Shown: piece after piece, positions 39,201 through 51,842 of the stretch
Layout: each line of letters begins with the position of its first letter
Position numbering within the stretch: the first letter of the stretch is position 1
Assembly: GCA_001599295.1 (NCBI GenBank)
Contig: BCGN01000006.1
Location: 1,302,001-1,366,000, forward strand
Length of the DNA: 64,000 nt
Source: Sporopachydermia quercuum
Lineage: Eukaryota
Direction: 5' to 3'
Translations under genes and position numbers: made by a program
Notes under the pieces: generated by a model
The model's input: only the letters and a program-made list of their open reading frames with translations
Database searches by the model: none
Told to the model about the DNA's origin: nothing

Positions 39201-41908
39201 ATCGTCTATTTTACCAAAACAAGAAGAAATTCCATTGCAAAATTCATTTGAATTAAACTTTTAAGTATTTTCTGGGATATTCGAAAACAGGGTATAATTT
39301 TGGCCCAATTTTGAAATAGCAATCCATTGTAAGTTCCTAACTAATTGTATTAATTTTCCGATTAATCCCATTCCTGAGCATGTAAGACGATCTTGACATC
39401 TAGTTCAATACATCGACCAACTACTGAGTCCCATGACAAAAACAACATCCTCTGTTTCAGAATAAGATCACCAATATAACTATACCAGTGGATATACATA
39501 GATATATCAATAGCTCTAGCCATTGGACCGAGCTCATCAACAAACTCCTTTTGTTAAGAGAAACCTCTTATAATCCTTTTCTAACCTTTCATAATCAATT
39601 TCATGTTGTTGAACGCATATAGATCACCATTGTTGTACTAAACTGAAATAAGATAAACATGAACCTAATGATGTATTGGCTAGTGAATCAAGGTTCCTTC
39701 AAACCAGTTTCATCATTTACTCATCCGTCATTCAAAACAATGAAACAACGAATCAGTAAACTTTCAACATTCTTCCTTTCTTTCCGTTTGTTTTGATGCC
39801 CACCCTATTGCTACAAATAAGCGTACATTTATACATATTCAGATGAAGGACAATAAAGAGATCAATCAAATAACTCAACTTTGTTTCTAACAAACAAATG
39901 AGATGAGGAAAGCTAGAGGCGAAGAAGATATCTTGATTTGGAAGAACATTGAAGTTATTTGGTAGAACTTGATATAAGGAGGTCAGTAATAAATATGCTA
40001 TATACTTAAAGTGACTTTGATATAATAATCATGCACTTGTTGGTAGTGGTGATCTTGTTGACTGTCGTTATTTGACTATTATTTTATTATTTATTGTTCA
40101 CTCACAGCTTTACGAACTCATAGCAATGTGCTTTATACTTTTCAATGAAAACAATATATCTTTCGTATAACGATGAAATATCGTATTTATTTAATTGTGT
40201 AGTTAGTTAGTCGCGTTTAGATTGTTATTCGGAATATTCAAGTAATGAGGTCACCATCATAATTTGTAAACAAAAGTTATTTCAGTTTCAGAATGATTAA
40301 AATGAAATGCTGATTTTACGGTATGGTAAAAGTTCTCAATTGATTACTAAGATGATAAGTGTTAAATGTAAATATGATTGACATCGTAGAACTGACAGGG
40401 ATAGCAATACAATATATTCTTATTGTAGATTATTTACAATCCATTGTTTACAGATAGCAGATTGATACATGATATGAATAAAACAAGTAATAGAGTGGTA
40501 ATTCCTATTAAAACCTAATATATAAGATGTTCTGTATTAATAAATGATTTATTCATATGTCGACACAACACTCATTCGCAATGCGATGAATATAGTGGTT
40601 AGTAAGAGTGAGAAAGGAGTCGAATCTATATATGGTTTATCAAAATGACAGAGACCGCTACTGTTATTTTGAAATAAACTGTTTGATCTGAATTATTTGA
40701 TCCTGCTTTATCAACTATCAGCAATTACTGAGAATAAAAGCAAAACTGATAGTCTGAACAATAAGGATATTCATAAAAGAGAGTAGAAAAAGGGCATCAT
40801 ATTGATGATTACTATAATAATTTTATCGTACAATTAATATTCCTTTAAGGATAAAACGACGGCCTATCAAATACCAGCGTTCTTCTTTGTTTTGTACATT
40901 CATTGATAATCAACAATGATAAATCGTTCTTATTGGTNAAAATAGGGACAAGACACAAATAAAAATAGGATTGCTCTATGTATGATATCAACAATGAGTT
41001 TTTGAAGTGAATCAGTTAGTTAACCATTGAAAGGATGTTAGGCAACTAGACAACACTTGTATAATACAATACTATGATGATAGAAAATATCATATAGATG
41101 AATTCCAACAGAGCATTATTCCCATCATAACCAATCTGTTATTATCAGACACAATAAACATGTTACTCCTAAATAATGGTTAGATCTTGCCACATCTTTA
41201 AATAAAGTAGATAGTGGATAGATAGAATATTAGCCTTTCCTACCTACGACCAAGTAACTAACTGTCCTTTCATTCTTGGGAAGTCAGCTTTATTTGCCTA
41301 GCCACCTCATCGCTTTTGCCTTGCTTTTACCTCTTTGCCTTTCTGCCTAACTTACCTCATTCCTTATCTTAGACCCTACACAAGGGATAACTATTCTCAT
41401 CCAGTAGACCCTTTTCATTACCCCAATCCAGTAATACATCGTGTGCTAAGTTCATTCATCATCACTTTATTACTCTTTTAATGTCAACATTACCACGTGA
41501 CTAATTCCCAATCATTCTCGTAACTCTGCATAANCATACATGATTCATGCATATGACACACAGAAACATCTTTTTCATCGCCATTAGCAAACATTTCTCC
41601 TTGTGCATTACTTAATGCTGTCCCTCATTTGCTGCAACATTAACGGAACAAAACACTTTGAATAGTCATTCTAAAGCGGGGTAATTTACCACAATCATCT
41701 TTGTGTTGTTGTTGATTTGATATTTTGTTTGTGATTGACACTCTGAAACATACACGCAAGCAGCTTCCCTTCTTGCTTTTTTGCTTCTCATTTGTGATCC
41801 AAATTTCGGAGCAGATCGTCCTGTTGAGAAAACTCTCTTCCGCAATTCATCCCGCATTGTGTTACAAAACCATTCAGTATCTAGACCTCTCGATTACCCC
41901 GCTTCCCC

Positions 41909-44900
41909 ATGACTTCCAGAGACTCCTATGCCACTTCCCCGTTCTCGGAAGCCAACCATTTGGAGGCCAACGATGAAGCGGAAACTCCGCTTCTGGACCC
42001 GATTTCTCGGAATATCAGCGACTCGGCTTCTTCTTTTGAGTCATCTAGGCTTCTTGACCACAGAACAGAACCGTTAGCGGTCACTAACTCTGCGGGAACT
42101 GTTACTGGAACCAATAGCAACTTTCCGGGCAAACTTCGGCCCACTTCGGTATCTCATCGGGATCCCCGCGCGGAGAATTACCCATTCGGGGTCGGAAGCT
42201 CTTTTGCGCAACCTAATTCATATGCTCAGGGTAAGCTTTTCACCCGGCGGCGGAAAAGCTCGGTGTCTGCCGGGAAATCTAGGAATAGTTTTCTCAGATC
42301 ATTTGGCGGAAACAACCCCAGTCGCGTTTCCTATGCAGCACCACCTTTTGCATCGATTTCTGGTCCTGGTTTGAATTATGGGAACAATGCCGAAATAGAT
42401 CCCATTGACGAGACTCATCCACTTTTATCCGGTTCCGACCCCAACCTTAAATATACTGCCGCCTCTACTAACGCCGAGAACCCCAACGCTAGTTACAGCT
42501 TTTACCCCGATTTTTACCCCTCCGAGCCTGATTATCCGGATTCAAAGCCCTCTTCCCGAAGAGCTTCCGACACCCCTTCTTTGGACGACGTGTGCTTTCC
42601 TGTAGACTCCGCTCGGGATTTGCTCGATAGTACCGGAGAATCTCGGAAAGTCTGGCCCGACATTCAGCTGCTTCAAGATTTTGCCGACGAAGAACGTCGG
42701 GAATTGGAAGAGATTCTTCGTGTGGATTCGGAGCATGAGTCTGACCGGAAGGGAGTCACTGGAAGCTATACTTCTGGGTCCTCGGGCGAAAACCGGGAAG
42801 TCTCATTCAACAGAACAGCGGCTTCTTTTTCCTTATTGAAAAATACTCGTTTAAATGAAACAGAAATGATGTCCGGAGGGAAACTCAGACCCGAACCGTT
42901 CAATCCCTGGGCTCAAAAGACCAGACGTTGGAAGCGGGAACGGGAAAAATCGAATGTCGGCTACTTGGGGAACTCGGGAACATTCGGAACATTTGGTTTG
43001 TACGATGATCGGAACCCTTTACAATATCGATTTACTTACTTCCGAGGGGATCTAGACTCTACTATACATTCACAAACGATCTCGGGTCTTTTGCAGCCTG
43101 GTCAATCTTTTTCGGAACTATTTCCCCCTTCGGAAACTGGCGGTACAAATGCTGAGGCCCCAAATACGGCAACGGGAAATCCCGGAACACAGAACCACAC
43201 AAAAAGTCGTTTCCAACAACAACCGCAATCGCAATCGCAGCCACAGTCGCAGCCACAGTCACAACCACAGTCACAACCACAGTCACAACCACAGTCACAA
43301 CCACAGTCACAACCACAGTCACAACCACAGTCACAGCCACAGTCACATACACAAACCCCATTAGGAACTACAGCCGGAAATTCCCGAGACAGTTCCGTTA
43401 GCTCCGATTTCAACAGCAATACGAACGCAAACGCATCCACTTCGGTACCAACAGCACCGACGCCCCTCCGACATGTGTTTCATACCGACGCTTCGGGAAC
43501 TAAATTTCCTTCCGGGTCATCTCGTTTAGCGGATCAATCAGAAGCCTCGGACTATGGCGGAAGATCCGGCAACGAAACCTTGGAAAATTCACCNTTTTGG
43601 CTAGACGTTCTGAACCCAACGGAGGAAGAAATGAAAGTTCTATCAAAAACCTTCGGAGTTCATCCGTTGACTACCGAGGATATATTTCTAGGAGAGAACC
43701 GGGAGAAAGTTGAATTATTTCGGCATTATTACTTTGTATGTTTTCGGTCATTTCAGGTAGCAAGCGAGGTGAGCGGGAAGTTCAACGACGAACGCCCAAC
43801 AAATTCCGCTTTTTCCACCGGAGTGAGTGCCGGAAATAACTCTGAATCAACTACACACTTCGCTTCACCTTCCATTATTTCTCGCTTTTTCCGCCGCAGA
43901 TGGTCAAACTCCGCTAAAAGTGAATCATCCGGATCTCTACCCCGCAAGAAGAACCGATCCCGTAAAGCTTATTCCAAAGAACTATCTCCGCTTAACATGT
44001 ACATCATTGTATTCCATGAAGGCGTCCTCACGTTTCATTTCTCTCCAACAACTCATCCCATAAACGTTCGACGCCGAGCTCGAATGCTCCGAGACTATCT
44101 TACGGTTACTTCCGATTGGCTCTCATATGCACTTATAGACGATATCACTGATGGTTTTGGCCCGTTAATTGAGTCAATTGAGCAGGAGGTAAATGATATA
44201 GAGGACACTATACTTCGGATCAACTCGGATATCAGTGAGAGTGGGGAAAGCGGAGAAAGCGGGGATGAAAAAGAGGGAGACGATTATGGAAGAAACCGGA
44301 GTTGGAACCGGGAGTACGACCGGAAATCGGAAAAATCAAGCGGATCCACTCGCACTTCGGAATCCGAACTATCTAGTAACGAGATTGAATGGAAGCAGAA
44401 AGGTGATATGCTCCGAAGAATCGGAGAATGTCGGAAACGGGTAATGTCCGTACTCCGGCTTTTAGGCTCAAAGGCTGACGTCATCAAAGGCTTTGCTAAG
44501 CGTTATTCTGAGCATTGGGACACTGGGTCTCCGAGATCGGAGATTGTCATGTATTTAGGTGACATTCAAGATCATATAGTGACGATGGTACAGGCACTGA
44601 ATCATTATGAGAAGTTATTAGCAAGAAGTCATAGTAACTATTTGGCACAAATCAATATTGACATGACAAAGACAAATAATGACATGAATGACATGTTGGG
44701 AAAAATATCTATTTTGGTAAGTTAGGCGATTTTAGGCAAAGTTTATCGAGATTTACCGGGATTTGCCGAGGTCTGGTTTGAATTAGTAGAAGAAGTATCC
44801 ATAAATAGGCTGTTAAGCGAGCTACCATCCGATTTTGGAACAAACACGGCAACAATTGAACCGACTTATTGCTGATTCTATACTAATTTATACTAAAATG

Positions 44901-45378
44901 GAAAGAGTTACCGAAATCGGACGGAATAGTTGAACTTTGGAAAGCGGAAATAATANCATTAAATATTCCGGTATTTCATCCGCATTCTACCTCCCAACTA
45001 CTTCCCCTTTAATCCAGCTCCTTCAGCAATCCAGATTGAAAACAAAACCTAATTTTATCTCTTTTTCTCTTTACTCTTTGGAAGACCTTGGAATGTCTCG
45101 GAATAGATTTTATGTTTCATCCTGTACTAACCTAACCTTATAGGGTACAATTGTCCTACCGATGAATATAATCACAGGTTTATGGGGTATGAATGTCATA
45201 GTCCCGGGACAAGAACATGAAGGATTAATATGGTTTTTTTCTAGTAAGTTGAATTTGTGGAGTTCGGAACGGAAGATATCGGAATACGTTTTGATTCTAA
45301 CCTTGTGCTATAGTATGCGGGTCACTTTTGTTGTTCGGAGTACTATGTTACTTCTATATGAATAAGTATTACATGTAA
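41909..45378 (+). CDS. MNR2: CorA-family Mg2+ transporter, Mnr2-type, 3 exons
   Basis: Exons 41909-44716, 45144-45243 and 45314-45378. FWLDVLNPT, HPLTTEDI, LLARSHSNYLAQINIDM and GLWGMNVIVPGQ (the W form is typical of Mnr2; Alr1 has GLFGMN). Confidence 0.88.
43238..43346 (+). repeat. Coding 12-bp minisatellite (CCACAGTCACAA)n encoding QPQS repeats
   Basis: About 9 near-perfect units inside the MNR2 ORF. Confidence 0.95.
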
Positions 45379-46145
45379 ACATGTAATAGACGATCCGAAA
45401 TCTCGGATATTTATAGAACTCAACCCGAAAAGTGCCAAACAGTTTTTTTTGTTGCCGAATTCATTGAATATTCAAGTTTTACATATAATTCTCAAGACAT
45501 TTGTAAGATGAGACATGATGTTTTACAAAGTTCCGAGTCATATGTTGGGGTAAATGTGACTCAGTGATAAGTGATAATGTCCTTAAAGTCGTGTGTAAAT
45601 TTCCCCACGTTAGCCATAGCCATGACACAGGCAGTTATGTTAGGCAGAAAACTAGGAATTTCAGTATTAACTATTCGTTTAATACTATGTCAACCATATT
45701 CAAACTAATGACTAATTACACATTTAATATATGTGAGCATAAATCTTTCTGCAATTTCAAAAAAAAGTCATATTATAGTGCTTTCTTTCCATATTTCTTA
45801 GCACAACAAAGTTACATCGCTTCTCTGACAAACCCTTGTCTCACCACTTCCTAGATAATATTATCATGACACATTTAATCCACCGAGTCTGCTTCCAATG
45901 TCACGATGACATTCATTAACTCTCAGCTCAGCACTCAAACATCTTCTATCCATCCATCCACAAATCATATTCCTTTCATTTTACATCTTTCCCCTGTTTC
46001 CTTCCTTTTCTCCCTTTTCAGGACTTCTATAACCATATTGAGAAACCTTCCAATCATACTTTTCTACTATTGAAAAAGACTATCGCGCTTCCAGGACCAT
46101 TTTACCATCACATCCAGCGGGACATACCTACAAAACTACTGCAAA

Positions 46146-46682
46146 ATGTTGAGATCTCAATTGCCCAGAATCCAGACAGCTTTCTCTAGAGCTTTCACTC
46201 GCCCAATTGTTCCAGTACTCAACCATAGTAGATTTTACTCTTCTTCTACTGGAAACAACATATTGACCCCTGATTCAACTCCTACAAAGTTGACAGCTGG
46301 CCCAATTATTGTGAAGTACACTTCAGAACACGAATGGTTAGCCGTTCACCCTAATAACGAAGCATACATCGGAATCACCAAATACGCTGCTGATGCATTA
46401 GGTGATGCCACCTATGTTGAATTACCAGAAGTCGGTAATGAATTCGAAGTCAGTGACTCAATTGGTGGTGTTGAATCGGTTAAATCTGCTTCGGAGATTT
46501 ATACCCCAGTTTCTGGTGAAGTCTTAGAAGTCAATAGTGAACTAGAAGCATCACCAGGCGTTATTAATTCTGATCCTATGGGTGAAGGATGGATTGCAAG
46601 AATTAAGCTTGCCAATGTTGAAGAACTAGGTTCTGGTGATTTATTAGACGAAGCAGCTTATGAAGCAAGTCTGAAAGAGTAA
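46146..46682 (+). CDS. GCV3: Glycine cleavage system H protein
   Basis: KYTSEHEW, GITKYAADALGD, lipoyl-lysine motif VESVKSAS; mitochondrial presequence. Confidence 0.97.
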   Translation: MLRSQLPRIQTAFSRAFTRPIVPVLNHSRFYSSSTGNNILTPDSTPTKLTAGPIIVKYTSEHEWLAVHPNNEAYIGITKYAADALGDATYVELPEVGNEFEVSDSIGGVESVKSASEIYTPVSGEVLEVNSELEASPGVINSDPMGEGWIARIKLANVEELGSGDLLDEAAYEASLKE

Positions 46683-47890
46683 AGTGGAATGACGGAGTAG
46701 AAAGAAGGAAATGAAGTAGCTCTGGTGGAACAATAATCATGAGAATTATGATCTATTTTGCAGTTGTTTTGAACATCGATGAATAAACCAGCAAAAAAGC
46801 AAACAAACAACAGATAACAAATAACAACTTGTTATCTCAATCGTAAAGGGTGAAAACAACAGGTGTTAAGAAAGGCTAACACAACACCACTATTTATATC
46901 GCCTTTTTCTATTCATTGAAATATAAATTTTAATAATATGTTTGATGATATCAACGTGAGAACTCCTACTATAAACTGACATCTTTTATAACAGGCTTGT
47001 TATCCCCACGGTATTTTTCAATAGAATGAATTGAACTCTTAACCACTCAACTAGTAAAATGATGGGTTGATGAATTATTCTGTTGATACTAAGTGGAGAT
47101 CAGCAATAATCTACCATTTCAAACAACAGAGACGAAGCTCTAAAACTCGATGATTTCAATCTTGATGTACTATTGATGAAATAGAACTCTTTCCTACCCA
47201 AATCTTGTTCACTAGACATACAATTCAGGGCAATTTCCTGACTTTCGTATCAGCTTTTGCTGAAACTTTACCCAATTAGCTATCACAACTATTGTGCCAA
47301 TAAACTAACCCAGATGACCACCGTAAGATAAATAGTAATCCATCTCCTAAGTTTCGTCTTCATGAATGGATCTCAAGGGAAGTTGTATCCATCTCCATAT
47401 ACAAGTGCTATGGAATAACCAACCAAGTAACTCCAAACTCCTGCAGCACTTGTCAACTTATCGAATACGAAATACTAAGTAACAAACAACTAAGTATCAG
47501 ATAGCCAATTGGTGGTTAGAGAAACGTAGCAGCTGTTTCAATGCCATTAGAGATCCGTTGAAACTTTCCTTTACGACGTGGAACAACCGAAAGAGTCACC
47601 TGAATGTTTTCCGGTAAATGCACAAGAGATAAAAATTAAGTACTTGATCAAGTCGACAAACCTCAAAACAACATATTAACATTATTATGAGATCAGAAGA
47701 AACTAACAATAACAATAAAATATAATATTTTTACACAGTAACTTACCTTGTCTATGTACATTTAGTAAGTAAGAGCCATTCATAACACATATTTTCACCT
47801 TTATCACTCTTATCATTCTACCATCAAACAACATAGTATTTCCTTATCATTATTTGGATAGTGATCACCATATTATTTGTCTTGTTCCTT

Positions 47891-48316
47891 TTAAATAATT
47901 GCCAAATTTGAGCTCACCTTTGCATCTTCATCAACTGTGCGGGTTTTTAATTGTAATCCATGAATACCATTTTCCATCTCCAACTCATTCTTCAACAAAC
48001 CATACACCATTCGATGTCTAGCAGGCTGCGGTTTGCCTTTGAAAGCATCAGATACTATCAATAGTCTGAAATGTGATTCTTTGATATTATTGGCACCTGC
48101 CATTCCTCTATGATGAACATGTTTATGAGAATCGTTGTTGATTTCAAACTTCACCGGCTTAAGAGCTTCCGTGATCTTAGTTTTCACTAGCTTAGTGATA
48201 GGCCCTTCTTCTTGAGCTTCAGTGACCATTTTTCTGGTTATGTAACTGTTTTCTTGTACTGCCTGAATTGATCTCAGTACAGGTCTTGGTCTCAATATAC
48301 TCTTTGATCTCCACAT
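47891..48316 (-). CDS. BOL1: Mitochondrial BolA-family protein
   Basis: NDSHKH.HH, ESHFRLLIVSDAFKG, RHRMVYGLL, IHGLQL. First ATG at 48316 gives an Arg-rich presequence. The 3' end may involve a further intron. Confidence 0.88.
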   Translation of the reverse strand: MWRSKSILRPRPVLRSIQAVQENSYITRKMVTEAQEEGPITKLVKTKITEALKPVKFEINNDSHKHVHHRGMAGANNIKESHFRLLIVSDAFKGKPQPARHRMVYGLLKNELEMENGIHGLQLKTRTVDEDAKVSSNLAII

Positions 48317-48864
48317 ATCCTTCACTTATATAAGTTTAGTATAAACAGTATACCAAACTAATGGAAATTCATAATATTTAATAGATACATTAAGATGNTG
48401 ATGAGACGTCTTCACAAACGCGATACAACGGATGATTGGTTATCGAAGAATGAGGTTTTTGTACAATATAACTAAGCACAATTTGTGGTTTGTAACTTCA
48501 GAGATACCCTGTTGTGGGCTGGACTCCAGCAAATTGTACAAACAGCATTTGATATCTGGTTTCTGCTTTGTTTTTGATTAGCTCATCATCAAATAATCCA
48601 GTTTCTGCTGTAAGGGAAGATCAGGAATAGCGAAAATGATAGTGAAAGTAACCAAAATTACATTTATCTGTCAATCTCTCCTCTCTTTCACCAATTGAAC
48701 AGGACTAAAGAATAACTGATCGATATTATTTGAGATCAATTAATATTTTTACTTGTATTTATAGGCTGGTTTACCTAATTTAGTTGAAACGCTGAAATCA
48801 ATCTGCGCCATTCAATTATCANTCGTTATTCCAACGCCTATTTGCCATCGACCATGTTATCACG

Positions 48865-51054
48865 ATGATAGGGGGAAATAAACCATTAGATGTTAGAAAA
48901 TATTTGGAACAGCAAGGAAGAATAAAACCTGCTGAAAATAATAAAACACGTGNAAAGAAGGAGTCTAATTTACCAAATGTAGATGAGTTCAGACTAGGGA
49001 GTCTACTCAGTTATGCTGATAATGAAGGTATGTGGTCAGGGAAATCATCATGCATGTGATGTGATTGCAGTAATAAAATTTTTAAAGTACTATAAATATG
49101 AGATACTTAGCTGATAGCGAGACAGCTACTTTTTATCACTATACTACTATATTCATATATATATATGGTACTAAATTATATTCAATTGTTTCCAATACCA
49201 GTACTATTACTGTCGCTATCTGCATGTGCTACTACAGCTTAACTCTTTTCATTCATACTAACATAACATCTAATCATTAGTTCAAAGGACTTCAAATGCG
49301 TTAATCGCATCCATAAATACTTATAGAAAAGACCTTTCTGATGAATTGGACGAAATTCAAGCATCTCAGAATAATCTAGGCAATTATATTGCAACAATTG
49401 ATTCCATGGCTAGGAGAACATTGGAAATAACGTATCAACGTACCGCTAAAGTGTCTTCTGATTTATCTCAGATTCGTCATGGTAAGTTATATATCACTCT
49501 GACCATAGTGATGATGATGGTGATAATTTAATGGATAATGATAATAATACTGTGGGATTTCATTGTAGGAGTAGTTGAATAACTGTCACTCTTGAGAGAT
49601 TGAGATCAGGCGAGATAAAGTGATACCTGGTACTCATTCTTCGATTTACTCTTATTGAAAGTTCTACTTAAAGGCAGGCTAATTTGTTGAATAGTGAGAA
49701 CAATGAGCTTTAATAATCGGTTATGCTGCGATACGGATATAATGCAACTTAAACGCATAATCTTATCTATTTTATGGTGTATTGTGCTATGATTGATCTA
49801 TCAGTATTGGTGATAGTATATTGCATATGAACTACTATGAGCTGTAATTATTGACTACCATAGTTCACTCTTTTCACTATGATTCTAATCAACATGACCA
49901 ACGCTAACACCAAGGGTTTATTGTCATTGTTCTATTCTACCTTTCAACAAATGGTTGATAATCCCATATATTATCGTTTCCGAAATTTATTACCGACCGG
50001 AAAAAAGGATGAGAATGATTTCCTAACGTGCTCTACCTTCTCCGATATGTTTTCAATATGGGAGAAAACTTCCACTTCGTTTCCGCTATGCTTCCTGTCT
50101 ACTACTAACATTTCCCCTTTAGTGTCCTCATTAGCCATTGAAACAGAGAAAACGTACAACATAATGCAATCAATACTTGTTTATATTAGAGAGTTAGACC
50201 AGAAATTACCACCTCAAGAAAGGCTGTGTCGGAAAGAAAGCCTTCACAGAGAGCATTATCCTAAACTGCACTCATTCCTCGGTGAGAAGTTTCCTCATAG
50301 TTTTGACGATGAAGATGACGATGACAAGCATAACGGAGAACATGGCGAAACTGACAAACAGAACGGAAATGATAACGGATATTTTGAAACCGCTTTAACC
50401 GATTTTCCCTCCGAATTCCCTTCTAGCAACTTCAACCAGCAGGACATAGTCAATGACTACAATCATCGAACAACAAATTCGGAAATTCCTCAAGAACGAA
50501 AGGAAAACAAAAAGAAAAAGAATAAACAAGAGGAAGCACTGCAAATTAAACCTTCGTCTTCCTCTTCGTTAACTCCATCTATTTTCGACAAATCTATCTT
50601 TCCAATATCCATTTCCGCATCTCCAGCTGTTACTGCTGCTCCTGAACCTTCCAATGTCAACATTCTATCACCAAGCATATCTTCTAAAGGAGTTTACCCC
50701 AATGGACTAGTTGGAGCATCAATAGAATCGTTGCCATCAGCTATCGGAGCATCAACAGAAGCGTCAGAGACATCAACAAGCCAGGCTGATCATTTGAGGA
50801 GTGTATTGAAGAAAAGAGGATCTAGCATTTATGAATACCCACTTGATGAACGTCGTAGAAGCAGTGTTGCCACAGCAGTTGAGATAGGCTGCAATATTTC
50901 AATTGGACCTTCTGAGCAAGGGTTGAGAACAATGGAATTTGAGATAAGCAAGAGCGGAAATAGCGATAATACAAGAACATCAGAAGCAAGGCGAACGTTA
51001 CAGAAGATATACGAGAAGGATGCTCGGCACAGGGATGGAGAAGATGGACAGTAA
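48865..51054 (+). CDS. VAB2: BLOC-1 complex subunit Vab2-like, 3 exons
   Basis: Exons 48865-49027, 49281-49481 and 50123-51054 join in frame. Coiled coil followed by LPPQERL...HYPKLHSFL, similar to recalled Vab2 LPKKAQL...HYPLLFDFL. Neighbouring CFD1/BET1 supports the call. Confidence 0.65.
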
Positions 51055-51842
51055 TAAATGGGTTTGATAATTATAATCACAGTAGTAATATTGATCGAAA
51101 TTAGTGTAATATAATAATAGTATGACCAGAAAAGTTGAGATAGCAATAATAGTCGTGATAGTGGTAATAAGGATCATAGAATTTATGCAAATGATAAGGA
51201 AATGATAATAATTGGATTATTTAGTTGGAATTAATAAAGGAGTAAAAACGGAAGTTATGGCGTTGGGAAATGTTAAGTGGTTGGTGGGTGGAAGTGCACA
51301 TTGATAGGATTTGGAGATAATGATGAATTTACTGTCAGTTTCGATAATAGTGGAAACATGATCAAGAAGCAGACGATTGACAAAAACAGAACATTAGCAG
51401 AAGTAACAGCAGAGACAACGACATAATGGCAGAAACAGCGCAGGTACGGAGATATCAAATTATAAGCATCTATATTACAAATTGCTATATAGCAATCATG
51501 TACTATATAAATCGTATGAACTAACTGCCAGCAGTGCCGTATTGAAACTTGAATTTTTGTTTGAAATCAACTAGTTTGGCTATAATTTTCTCTTTTCTAT
51601 TGTCTCTCTCTCTTACTGATTGTATATGATTAATAAGAATTATCTAATAGTTTTAGTGATGAGAATTTATTCTATACTATACTACTATACAATAGTATGC
51701 TACAACATAGCGTACTACACTAACAATGATATGTATCTCATGTAGTATATTTTCCTTTGTTATACAGGAATGCAGAGACATAAGATTCTATAATTACTAT
51801 ATACAAATAATCAAGATATTCATACTATACAAATACATCATC

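Noticed and set aside
43238..43346. Tandem CAGTCACA (Homol-D-like) motifs or a CRISPR-like array
   Set aside because: Contiguous coding repeat with no spacers, not in a promoter; eukaryotic context.
43062..43440. Alternative-frame ORFs with (CGCD)n, (VTVV)n and (HSHN)n that look like metallothionein or His-rich peptides
   Set aside because: They are other reading frames of the QPQS minisatellite inside MNR2.
49879..50122. N-terminal 81 aa of the 391-aa ORF as coding sequence
   Set aside because: It lies within the predicted intron (TACTAAC...TTTAG ending at 50122); homology-like sequence starts only after the acceptor.
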